DNA of 53,761 nt, from the NCBI GenBank assembly GCA_001724265.1, contig MEDY01000202.1:1-53761 (forward strand). Direction: 5' to 3'. Positions 12,177 through 23,819 of the stretch are shown in pieces (position 1 is the first letter of the stretch; every line of letters begins with the position of its first letter). The position numbers and the translations under genes were made by a program. The stretch comes from Rhizaria sp. SCN 62-66. Its lineage: Eukaryota. A model generated the notes under the pieces. That model was given only the letters and a program-made list of their open reading frames with translations. It was not told the origin of the DNA and searched no databases.

Positions 12177-13310
12177 ATGGGCGGTTGCGAGTCGTGTGCG
12201 ACGGCGCACGATGCCGAGATGCGTTCCAACTACGCCGAGCAGCTCGACATGCAGATCGAGCGCGAGCGCGAGGAGGAGAAAAACCATTACAAGATTCTCC
12301 TGCTCGGTGCCGGTGAGAGCGGTAAGTCGACCATCATCAAGCAGCTCTCGCTGCTCTACCGCAAAGGCGGCATCATGGAGGACCGGCGACAGTTTATCCG
12401 CGTGCTGCAGAATAACACGATTGTGTCGATGCAGGCGCTGCTGCGCGCGGGCGAGAGCATGGGCATGCTCAAGCCCTCGGACGACGGCACCAGCTACGAG
12501 GCTGACATCGCGCTAATCAACAACGCAGAAGGCAACGACGCGATGACCGAGGCCATGGTGGCCGCCATCGAGCGCCTGTGGGAGTCAGCCATGATCCAGG
12601 AGGTGTACATGAACCGCTCGCAGTTCTGGATCCTGGAAACGGCCGACTACTACTTCAAGAACTGCGCCCGGTTTATCGAGCACAACTTCCTGCCTGACGA
12701 CGTTGACGTGATCATGGCCCGTAAGCGCACCACGGGCGTAATCGTGACCGAGTTTCCCACCGAGGACGGACTCAAGTTCTCCGTCGTCGACGTCGGTGGG
12801 CAGCGCTCGGAGCGCCGCAAGTGGATCAACTGCTTTGACGGCGTCAAAGCCATCTTCTGGGTGTCGAACCTCTCCGGCTACGACAAGGTGCTGTTCGAAG
12901 ACAAGAGCATCAACCGCATGCAGGAAGACCTGGACCTGTTCAAGGAGACGCTCAAGGCTGCCGCGTTCCGCGACACGCCCATCTTCCTGTTTTTCAACAA
13001 GCAGGACCTCTTCTTTGACGCGCTTAAGTACTCGACCATCGACACATGTTTCCCCGCCTATAAGGGCTCCTCGGACCCCACCGAGTGCCAGGAGTTCATC
13101 GCGCAACAGTTCAAGGAGGCGCTCCCGCCTTCGAAGACGATCGAGAAAATCCTCTACCTCTCGGCCAAGGACAAGAACAACGTTAAGGCCGCCTTTGAGG
13201 CCGTCAAGGACCACTTGCTGGCCGCCGAGAAGGCCAAGCCTGCCGCGCCCGCCGCCGCCGCGGGCGGGGCCGGCGGCGCCGACCGCCCTGCCGCGCGCGG
13301 CAAGAAGTAA
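12177..13310 (+). CDS. Heterotrimeric G-protein alpha subunit
   Basis: Intronless 377 aa. MGGC N-terminus (myristoylation/palmitoylation), KILLLGAGESGKSTIIKQ, RKRTTG, DVGGQRSERRKW, FFNKQD. Ends TAA. Confidence 0.97.
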   Translation: MGGCESCATAHDAEMRSNYAEQLDMQIEREREEEKNHYKILLLGAGESGKSTIIKQLSLLYRKGGIMEDRRQFIRVLQNNTIVSMQALLRAGESMGMLKPSDDGTSYEADIALINNAEGNDAMTEAMVAAIERLWESAMIQEVYMNRSQFWILETADYYFKNCARFIEHNFLPDDVDVIMARKRTTGVIVTEFPTEDGLKFSVVDVGGQRSERRKWINCFDGVKAIFWVSNLSGYDKVLFEDKSINRMQEDLDLFKETLKAAAFRDTPIFLFFNKQDLFFDALKYSTIDTCFPAYKGSSDPTECQEFIAQQFKEALPPSKTIEKILYLSAKDKNNVKAAFEAVKDHLLAAEKAKPAAPAAAAGGAGGADRPAARGKK

Positions 13311-14881
13311 GCGCGCAGCAGCCGGCACAGCAGCCGAACCGCGCTGCCACAGCAGTCACGTGTTGCACAGTCTTCGTGCCGCAGTCGCTCTGCACAGGGC
13401 GATGTGAGTGTTGTGCGGCTCGCGACATGTAGTCGTGGCAGTGGCAGTCGCCGTTACAGCTGTATTTGTAATTGTAATCGTAAACGTGTTGTGGAACTGA
13501 TAGTGATCTCGTTGTCTCATTTTGTCTCTGTTGAGGTTTCTTAAGCTTCATCAAAACATCGTATCACCGAAATGTTTCAGGAAGCTGGAGCCTCTCGTTT
13601 TTGTTGTTTTTTATTCGTTCCGTGTTTGTTTTTATTAAACTTGCGCTTGCGTCTTGTTTGCATCCCCATTCTTCTCTTCTCTCTGCTGCGTTTCTTATCT
13701 TTGGACTGTCAACTAACTGATACGTTGCAACGTTGGTGCCAAACGACTTGACTGACTGATTGACTGACTCACGCTTCGTACTGTTGTTTTGTCTTTAAGA
13801 AAGTCCTTGTTTCATTTTTATTTTTTCATTCTTTTTGGGCTTCGTCTTCTTCAATAATATTTTTAGAGTCCTATCTATTCTGTAGTAGTATTTTTTTGTT
13901 CTTTTACCCTTGCTTTGCGTTTAAGCGAACATCACTCTCTCACATGCTTTGTCATTGCCTCTGTCTGTACCCGCTGTTGTGGAGCTCACAGCATCATCAC
14001 TGCTTGTGACAACTGTCCGTGTCTGGGACGAGGAGGATCATGAGTCGGCAACTCGTCCATACATCTGTCGCAGCTATATGTTTTGTACAGTAAGTTCTCT
14101 GATAGCTCTGGTGCAACGGTGCAATCCATCTTAGCACTCTCGTGTCTCGGTTGCACTCGTACCAGCATCAGCGACAACGAGTACAGTGTAACTAGAGCCT
14201 GGCAACGATCCAACAATTTCGTTTGCGCGTCGAAAATACAAATCAAAAGGATTAATCGAATGTTACTTCAAAACAACAATTAAATATCGATAAGTTGTTT
14301 TTTATTAATATGTGACGAACCATTGTCGCTCTATGACGTTGTAGATGATAACATACCAACAACAAACACTCGGCTACCATTATGGGTTTTGGCCGCATGC
14401 TTGCGGTGCCAGCTACACCCGCATTAGACACGGTCGCGACCCCACACCGGTGGACGTGTTCTTGCTCGCACGCTGCGGATGCCTGAGCTCGCGGCTGCGC
14501 GGTTGCTCCTGCGTCAGCCTCAGCCTCCGCCGCGGCGCAAGCGCTGACAGCGTCCCGCTCTTGCTTCCGACGGGCAAGAGCTTGGACATGTGCTTGCTGC
14601 CGTCATTCACTATTCACGGGACTGTCAGCAGCTTCATCAGCAGCACCATTTGCAGCTTTGTAAAAAAAATGACACTGTGAAAAGAGCACCGACAAATATC
14701 ACGCAGCGACAAACAAAAGTAGACAAACAGGCACAGCGATACTGGACAGACACAGACATACAAACATCACCAATGTTATGATCACACGAAATGACGCACA
14801 TCACATAACACCACACAAAAAGTTAAGTTACAACGGGTTGTCAACTTCCGTGCTCACAAGCCCACCAACTCGCCGGCTCGC

Positions 14882-17800
14882 TTAACTGAGCAGCTGCATC
14901 GGCGTGACGGTGTGGTCGTCGGCCGCAAGCGAGGCCGCGAAGAAGCCCTGCGCGGCCGAGTTCTGGCCGCGGTACGCCTCCTCCTCGGCGGCGACGCGCA
15001 TGCGCAGCCGCAGCGGGCGCGCCGACGGGAAGTCCGGCCCCATGAAGCAGATGTCGCACGAGGGGCAGCAGCGGCGGGGACACATAGCGTAGTTGCCCAG
15101 CGCGATGGGCCCGACGATGAGGAGCGAGAGCATAGCCATGAAGAGCGGGATCACGGCGACGACGAGCGAGGGCGCCCACAGCGTCGTGTCGGGGTGCAGC
15201 GCCTTGTTAGTCCACAGCGCAAGGAAGATGATCTGGTACGGAATCAGCAGCATGGTGAAGCACGCGAGCGTGGAGGAGCCGCAGTCATCAGAGCACTTGC
15301 AGCAGGCGACGCAGTAGCCGATGACGACGACGAGCGCGGTGAGGAAGAAGGGCGCGAAGAGGCCCATGGTGGGGATGTCGAATCCGCTGAGCTGGAGGTG
15401 CAGCAGGATGCAGAAGAGGTAGACCTGGATCATGAAGAACATCGATCCACCCGCGGGGCCGCGCATCGGCTCCTCTGCGCGCGGCGCGTCGTAGTCGGTC
15501 ACGGTGTGCAGCCGGTGCTCCAGGTTCGCGTTGTCCTCGTAGATGGCGTAGGTGCACATGGCGAACACGTGCAGCAGCGCGATTACGTAGATGGGGATGA
15601 AGAACCACCACAGACTGAGGCCGACGCCACAGGACTTGATGAAGATGAACGTCGCGAGGAAAATGAGGCTGAGCGGGATGCCGACGAGCACCACGCGCGA
15701 CTGAGACGGCTGGCGCGCGATGAGGTTCCACGTGCGGTCGAAGAGCGTGTCGCCGTCGATGGAACACAGGCGAGACGGGTCGCGGAACGGCGCCAGCGAC
15801 GGGTCTCGCGCCTGCGCGCCAGGCTCGGACGGGCACCAGCTTCGCCGCATGCACGACGCGACGAAGGAGATCACCACCCAGAGCACGATGACGGCAAGCG
15901 GGAAGGTAAAGGCGGGCGTCACGCGGAGCCCCTCGTGGCCGGCGATGATGATAAGCACGAGGAACGTGAGAACCATGAAGACGATCGACACGAGCGCGCC
16001 GAACGACACGCAGCACACGTACCACACGTTGGCCGTCGTGCTCTTGGCGTCGAAGCGCTCGACCCACGCCGCGCCCGTGGCCTGCGCGAGGGCGAGCCCG
16101 CCCGCGCGGGCCGTGCGCGCGGCCTCGAAGTGCTTGTGCAGCGTCATAACAGACTCGCCCGCCACCCAGCGCTCGAAGTCGTCCGCCACCACCGTGCTCG
16201 TCGCAGTGGCCGCGATGGCGGGCGCGGGAGCATGCGCAGAGGCCGTCGCAACTGCCGCGGTGTCGCCGGCGTTGGCGGCGCCGGCATTGGTGGCGCAGAG
16301 GTCGCTGGCGGGGCGCGTCTGGCGGCCCAGGAAGCGGTGGTAGCCGCTCAGCGCGTCGCGCGAGAACCGCGCATAGGCCTCCTCAGCGATGCTCGTCTCC
16401 ATCGCCGGCTCGGCGACGGTCGACGGCATGTACTGCGGGCGCAAGAACGCGCGGTTGGCCGTGCTGTTGGGCGCCAGCGTGGCGTCCGGGTCGGCGACCT
16501 CCTCGGCGGGGTCGAACAGATGCACCTGGCGCACCGCGGTGCTGCTGCTGCCGCCGTCCTCGTCCTCACCGGCGCCCTCGCCGGCGCCAAACGCGAGCGC
16601 GGGGGCGCCGGGGACGGGAGGTCCGCCGGGCGGCGGCGGAATGCTCGACGTGTGGATGCCCGACGTGGGCGGCCCGCCGGGCGGCGGGGGAATGCTCGAG
16701 GTCGGGCGGTGCGCCTCGGGGCCGTTGCCCAGCACGTGCCCGTGGCCGAGGCCGCTGGGTGCGCCGGGCGGGGGCGGGATGGAGCTGGTGGGCAGACTGC
16801 CGCCGCCGCCGGGGTTGCTGTGCGCGAGCAGCCGCGGCACCTCGGTGCTGTGCAGCACGATCTCCGGCAGCACGTCGTCCACCTCAAAGTCGCCGCACGC
16901 GCCCGCACCGGCGCTCGCGCTCGCGTTCGCGGGGGCGCCGGTGCCGCTGACGCTCACGGTGACGCTGCTGACGCTGTTGCCGTAGATGCCGCTGGAGCTG
17001 CCGTCCTCAGCGTCGGCGTCCTCGCTGATCACGTTCAGCTTGAACCCACTGCTGTTCACCACCGTCTTGCTCCTGTGCGCAGCGCCGACACTGACGGCGG
17101 CACTGGCACTGGCACCAGCACTGGCGCCGACACCGGTCTCGGAGCGGAGCGAGACTGCGGCGACAACGCCGCGCACGGGGTAGTCGGCTCCGGGCACAGG
17201 CACCGCCGCGGCGGGTAGCTTGCGCAGCTCGGCGAGCGTCGCCGCGCCCATCTTGCCGCTGCCACCCGCGGCGTGCACGGCGGCGCTGTAGGCCGCGGCG
17301 GCCGCGGAGAGGCGCTCCTGCGCCTCGCGCTCGTTGGCGTCGAGCCGCGGCCGCGCGCTGTCGCCGCCCAGCAGCGCTACCACGGCGGGTACCGACACGC
17401 CCAGGCCGCCCGGCGTGCTCTCGTCGCCGTCGCCGCCCAGACGGTGGCCCTTGCCACTATTACTGCCGGCGCCGGTGACGGCAATGCTGGGGCTGATGAG
17501 CGAGAGCGGTGTGGCCATGGCGCGCGTCACGCTGGGTCCTACGAAGAGCTCGAGCCGGCGCGCGCCCACCGTCGCCGCGCCCGCGCCCGCGGCGCCCGCG
17601 CCGAGCCCGGAGGCCGCGTGGGGCGGGGCGAGCGCGGTGGTGTCGGTCGTCAGGGCGATTTCGTCGAAGCGGCCCAGAGAGGGCCTGGTATGGAAAGGCA
17701 AAAAAATATCAAATCGAAGTGATGCGAATTAGCAAAAAATACAATACGCAATTGATGAATTACAGACGAACTCGATGAAAAAAGTATTAGCATTGACATT

Positions 17801-20689
17801 TGAGAGCAGATTCCGGTTAAAATAAGTATCCATTCGCCGCACGTACCAGTTCTGGTAGCGCTGCGCCGCGCCGAGCGGGTCCTCCGGGGGCAACGTGGCG
17901 TAGAGCGGCGGCGCGTCAAGCACGCCGTTGCCGCGCGCGGTCCACGTCGAGTTGGCGAACGGCGTCTCGCCTCCGAGCGGCGAGCTCGCCGGCAGCGGGC
18001 CGCGGCGGAAGGACTGCGCGGCGTTGACGCTGTGACCGACGCGGTCGCTCGCGGTTGCCTCGTACTGCAGCTGCCACAGCGCCGTGCGCACCGACTGGGC
18101 GAGCGCCGCCGTGGTGCTCTCGTTTTCGGCCTCGCTGCTCTCGCCGTCATCGCCGTCGCTTCCGGCGCCATTGCTGTTTCCCGCGGAGTTGTCGCGGTTG
18201 CGGGCGGCAATGATGCGGGACATGTCAATGCCCAAGCGCGCGCCCGCGGTGATCAGACGCTGGTCGCGCTCGCGCCGAGCCTGCTCGGCAGCGCTGTTGC
18301 CGTTGATGTTGCTGTTGTTATTGTTGCGCCGATTGAGGCTGCGGCCACGGCGACTCCGGCTGCGGTTGCTGCTGCTGCCGTTGTTGCCGCTGTTGCTCCT
18401 CGCGGCGTTGGCCTCGCCGCTGTCGACGAGCGTGCTCGCCACGGGGGGCTCCGGCGCGGGTCGTGTGGGAACGGCGCGCACGGCCGCGTGAAGCTCCACT
18501 GTCGCCGCCACCACCGGGTCCGACCCGTTGACGATCACGGCACCAGAGCCCGCGCCGCCGCCGCCGCCGGCACCCGCGCCCGCCCTCGCGCCCGCGGTGG
18601 CGCCGTCAGGTACGGCGACCTTGATGAGCTTCTTCTTGAGCCCCGCGGCGGGGCTGCCGCCGGAGACCGTGGCCGCGGTCGCAGCGGCCTCGGCCTTGAC
18701 GCGCTAATCTCTCGCGTCGAGCGCGGCGTTGCGCACCTGGACCTGCTCCACCAGCGCCGTGAGCTCGCGCTCGCGCGCGGGCCCGCGGCGCTGGTTCTGG
18801 AACGCCACCATGCCCTCCTCGACCGTGAGGCCGTAGCAGTAGCCCACGGGCGGATGGACGGCTTCGCGGCGCGCGCGCTCAGCGGGGGAGATAACGCCGT
18901 CCAGCTCGGGCAGCGGGTCCGGCCCCGAAAGCAGCGAGTAGCGGTCCGTGTGGCGGCGCAGGTCGCTGCGCAGGTCGCGCGAGTAGGGCCCGCCAGGCGT
19001 CACGCGAGTCCACAGCCACACCAGCTCATCCGCCGTGAACAGCGACGTCGGCACTGCGGGCGCCTGCGGCCGCACATCGCCCGCGCTGCTAGCGCTCGTG
19101 CTGCTGTTGTTGTTGGGATCGTAGAAGTCGACGGGGCCGGCCGCGGTCAGAATGGCGATCTCCTGCTCAGTCATGCGCGCGAAGCGGACGAGCGATAGCA
19201 GCGGGCCCAGCTCGAGCCGCACGAGGCGCGGGTCCTGGTCGTCGAGCCCGTGCGCGCGCAGGCGAAAGCGCGCCCAGCGCACGAGACTCTGCAGCAGCTC
19301 GAACTCGTCGCAGCGGAGCCGGTCCGAGGCAACGAGCGCCTGCAGCGCGCGCGCGGGCAGCGCGAGGAACAGCGGCGAGCGCACGGCCTCGGGGAACACG
19401 GCGGCGGCGTACGCGAAGTCGCCGGACTCGGGGTCGTAGGCAAGCGTGCTGTCCTCCTCGAAGTAGCGCGCGGTGCCGCGCTCGCCGATCGCGGAGTCTG
19501 TGTCGTACAACGACAGGAACTCGGGCTCCTGGTTCGCGCCCGCGGCGTTGTTGCTGTTGCGCACGGCCCCGGCGCCACCGCCCTTGCCCTGCAGCCGCGC
19601 GCGCTCGTCCAGGTGGCCCAGCACGAAGGGCAGGAAGGCCGTGTCGGGGTGCCGCGCTGTGGCGGCGAGACTGTCGCCGATGCCGAAGGTCTCGTAGCAC
19701 TCGGGTGCGTTGCGCGAGACGCCCAGCGCGTGGAACACCGTCTGCACCACCGACGCGACGGGGCGCTCGCTGCGGCGCGCCAGGGTCAGCGCCGTGTGGT
19801 TGCCCGCGCCGCAGCCGCACGTGTGGCGGCACGACAGCATCCAGGCGGAGCAGCCGGCGCCGCGCGTGCGCGGGCCGTGCAGGTCGCTGCGGTAGCGCTC
19901 CACGGCCGCCGCGGACGGGAATGCCGGCGGCGCGCGCGGAGACAGAGACGGGGACACGGTCGCCGCGGTGGGCGCGCGCGGCGCCGGGGCGAGCTCGACG
20001 AGCAGCGCGGAGGGCGCCGGCACTGTGGGCAGCGGACGACCCGCGGCGTCGGTGAGCTTCTTGTAGCTCGACACGGTGGGCGCGGACGCGGGGGCCGGCG
20101 CGTGGCGCGGCGGCGCGCGGCCCGTCGCAGCGTGGTAGCGGCGCGCGACGGTGGAGTAGACGGGGAAACCGGTGCCGGGCGCGAGCCCGGAGCTGGCGCT
20201 GGTGCAGGAGCTGCCTGGTCGCGTGAGGCAGTTGTCGTAGAGGAAGTGGAGGAACGCGTTGTCCTCTTCGTCATGCAGCAGCTGGACAACGCCCGCGGCG
20301 GGGGCGGAGGCTGAGGCCGCGGAGTGCGCGGGCAGGTACGTCTCGGTGCCGGGGACGGATGGCCCGAAGGCCATTGCGAGCGAGAAGGGCGCGAGGTTGG
20401 TCGGCCAGTCGCGGGCAATCAGCGTGGGGTCGTCGCGGTTCAGCGGGAACGGCGCGGCCGAAGCGCCACCGGGCGGAGACTTCGGCGAGGACAAAGACGC
20501 AACGTACTTGTATGCCGAGGACGATGCGTCATGACTGGAGGCGCTGGGAAGGCTCGAGGAGGCGTGGCCGGCAGCGGAACTGTCTCCTGGGGCCAAGGGG
20601 GCGAGATGCGACTCATTGATCTCGGGGGCGACGTCACCTGACTCGGCCAGGCGGAGGTAGTCTGCCCAATCAGAGATATACTCCTCCAT
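14882..20689 (-). CDS. ~1881-aa protein with a BACK-like domain and a C-terminal multi-TM region (TMEM185/Fragile-X-F-like); 2 exons; in-frame TAG at 18704-18706
   Basis: Exon 1 20689-17847 reads through TAG (DARD*RVKAE). GTACGT..CAG intron 17846-17685. Exon 2 17684-14882. BACK-like segment SPLFLALPARALQALVASDRLRCDEFELLQSLVRWA..LLSLVRFARM. TM segments include SLWWFFIPIYVI and LFAPFFLT. Ends TAA. Confidence 0.75.
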
Positions 20690-21266
20690 GTGCTCGGGCG
20701 CGCAGTGGCGGCGGACGGAGGAGCGCGGGAGGCTGAAAAAAACCGTGAAAAAGAAGGCGTGCGACAGCGCGTGAGGGGGTTCGAATCTTGTTGCGAAGAG
20801 AGAGCAATATTCACCCTAAAGATCAGACTGTGACAAAATACAGCAATTAAAAAGCAATAAAACAGACAACATAATTAGCTGTTCAATGCGCTGTTGTGAG
20901 AACTAATGACGGTGCGAGGCTCTGCACTGATTCCTATTCCGCTCCTAGTTCCGGCTCGGACACGCCCGCCAGTCTGGAGCTGGACAAATTTACTTTCTGT
21001 GGCCGCGACCACAACTGGGTTTGCGCGGACTATTTTTAGGCACCATCAAGTCATATGTGCACCATTGCAGAATTTGCGGCTTCTATAAGATATAAAAAGC
21101 TCCTATGTATCTATTTGACGTGACAGTGCGTCTTGAGGCCCTTACTATAGCGTCTATAACTCAATCAATTCTTCCTCAATACTGTCAAGTAAGCAAGCTC
21201 GCACGTATTTCGCCCACAGTCGTCCTCCTGCGTCCCCACGAGCTCAACTCACAGCCGCCGTCGCGC

Positions 21267-22632
21267 TCACCCGTCGCGCTCCTCGTCCCATTCGCCCCGC
21301 AGCGGCGCCACCGGCTCTGGCCACCGTCCGTTGGCGGCGGCCTCGAGCAGCGCCACCACCTCTGTGTGTCCGCGCTCAGTCGCCACCGACACCATGCTCC
21401 GCCGCGGCCGCCGCGGCTTAGCTCCTGCATCACCCTCACCCTCACCGCCGCCGTCGCCGTCGCCACCGTCGTCGGCGCTGTCGTCGTCGGGCATAGTGAA
21501 GGTGACGTCGGCCCTGGCGCCGAGCAGCATAGCCGCGATGGCGTCGTTGCCGTCGCACACGGCCTCCCACAGGGGCGTCGGCGTCAGCGCCGCACAGTCC
21601 CCGTGGCACTCGCCGCACGCACTCTCGTTCTGCTGCCCACGGTCGCTGTCGCCATGGATGTCACTGGCGCTGCTGAGCGGCGAGGCCCCCGGCGCGGCGG
21701 GCGCGAGCACCAACCCGGTCCCCGCCGCGGCGGCAGCACGCTTCGCGGAGACCGCGGCCGCCACGGCCTGTGCCTTGCCGGGCCCCGCGGCGGCGGCGGC
21801 GGCGGCGGCCAGCGCGGCGGCCGCGGTGGTCTGGATGTTGCGCGCGAGACGCATGTCGGCGGCGCGGACGCCAGTGCGGTTGCGGCAGCGGCAGCCGTGG
21901 AGGTCCACGTCGAGCCCCGCAAGGGCCCGAGCGTGTTGCGATGTGCCATCACCACTGCTGCTGCTAGACGATTCAGGATCCGTGTTGGAGCTACCTGCGG
22001 CGGGTTTGCTGACGGCGGCACCGCCAGCGCAGGCCCGCAGCAGGGCGCGCACGGTGGACTCGAAGCCCATGGTGGCGGCGACAAAGAGCGGAGAGTAGCC
22101 CTGCATGTCCTCGCTACATTGTCACAAACGCAAGTCAAGTCACGGAAAGTGATACAAGACAGGATCAAATGAGTGGGTGATTATCATAATAAATTCATCA
22201 ATGTAGGATAAAATGAACAAAAACAACAAAACTAAGACTACTGTAATGAAAGTACGTACATTGACTGCGGCAGCGCGCCCCTGGCCATGAGCACGTCCGC
22301 GCGCGCGCCGGCCCGGACGAGCGCGGCCACGACTGCGGGCGCGGCGGCAATCGCGGCCGCGTGCAGCGGCGTGCGCAGGTCGCCCGGGTCGCGCGCGTCG
22401 GGGTCCGCGCGCGCGGCGAGCAGCGCGGCGACGGTGGGCAGCCGTCCGTTGGCCGCGGCGAGCACGAGCGGCGGGATGCCGGCCGTGCGGCGCGCGGTGT
22501 GGGGCAGCGCGTGCGGCGCGGAGGGCAACGCGCGCGCGGAGAGCAGCAGCAGCGCAGAGGCGTCGTCGTCGGCCAGAAGCGCAGCGCCCAGGGCAGTGCG
22601 CTCGGCGGTAGCAACAGCCACAGCAGCAGCAT

Positions 22633-22696
<64 letters not shown>

Positions 22697-23260
22697 GTTA
22701 GCGACTGAGTTCGCGTCCGCTGCAGGAGTTGCCGTGCTTGCAGTCGGGGCGTCGGTACCGGCCTTGCCTGCGCTATCCCAGCCCGCGTAGGAGTCAGGCA
22801 CCGCGGCGTTGGGGTCCGCGCGCGCGGCGAGCAGCAGCGGCACCGCCTGCGCGCCGTTGCCGCGCTCGATGCACTCGGCCAGCGCGGTGGTCTGCGCCTT
22901 GGCGCTCGCGTTGCCTGAGTCGGGGTGCGCGCCCGCCGCGAGCAGCAGAGACAGCAGCGCGGGGACAAGCGGGGTGCGCGAGGCGGCGTGCCACAGCGGC
23001 GTGGAGCCGTCATCGTTGACCGAGGCGGGCAGCGCGACGTCCGCTTTGGCGCTCAAGAGGGCGGAGACGGTGCTATCGTCAGCGACGCGCACGGCCGTCG
23101 ATAGCAACCACTCACCGGAGAGCTTCGCGTTGGGGGACGCTCCAGACGTAAGGAGAGAAGAGACAGTAGCGGAATTGTTGGCCTCAATCGCAGCAAGGAG
23201 CTCGCGGGCGCTGGAGAGTGCGGCATCGGCGTCGGGAGACACGGAGGCGGAGGCCGACAT
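21267..23260 (-). CDS. Ankyrin-repeat protein; 2 exons
   Basis: Exons 23260-22260 and 22113-21267 (GTACGT..TAG intron). Ankyrin motifs: GSTPLWHAA, PPLVLAAANGRLPTVAALLAARADPD, RTPLHAAA, GYSPLFVAA, TPLWEAV. Ends TGA. Confidence 0.88.
22611..22694 (-). repeat. (GCT)n trinucleotide run encoding poly-Ala
   Basis: Long, nearly pure (GCA)n on the + strand within the ankyrin gene. Confidence 0.9.
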
Positions 23261-23819
23261 CTAGCAACACGGTGTCACTTGGTTCTTAAGATTGTCAACG
23301 ACAGACGCAGCTCTAAGAGTTTTAATTGTGGGAAAGTGGTGAAAAGCAAGTATTGTTATATGAGGTAAAACCATGTGTCTATTGACGAAATTTACAATGA
23401 AATGTTGTGTGATTTCTTAGCTTGCTCAACCAACCACCAATCATTAACAGAATACAGCAGCAAACGGCTACAAAAACAATAAACGAGGTGGTTTGCAAGG
23501 ATATCGGAATATGCCTCATTGAAGCATTGATGTGGCAAATTATTTGCGCCGGTATTTAAGACATGCATGCTATTTTTGATTCGAGTGAAAAGGTAGTGAG
23601 TGTATTGTCTCAACTTTTAGCAGCACAACATCTCACATGACAGCAGTATCTCTGCTCTTTGGCACGGTGCTATAAATTGATTCGATTATCTGTGTAACAA
23701 GAACGGAGAGGAAGCATGACAAGCAACCTCTGACCCCAAAGAGACTCATAGTCGTAACGACAATGCGATCAGCTCTCAGCCGAGCACGCAAGCGCAACGC
23801 GCACTAGGTTTGAACTCTC

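Noticed and set aside
14912-17218. Long antisense and alternate-frame ORFs (e.g. 768 aa at 14912, 552 aa at 4781, 455 aa at 8449)
   Set aside because: These are shadows of very GC-rich, codon-biased genes. The translations are Arg/Ala/Gly-rich with no family motifs.
20740-20800. GGTTCGAATC T-loop-like motif, checked as a possible suppressor tRNA
   Set aside because: The T-stem pairs poorly and I could not build an acceptor, D or anticodon arm. No tRNA-CUA was found by eye in this window.
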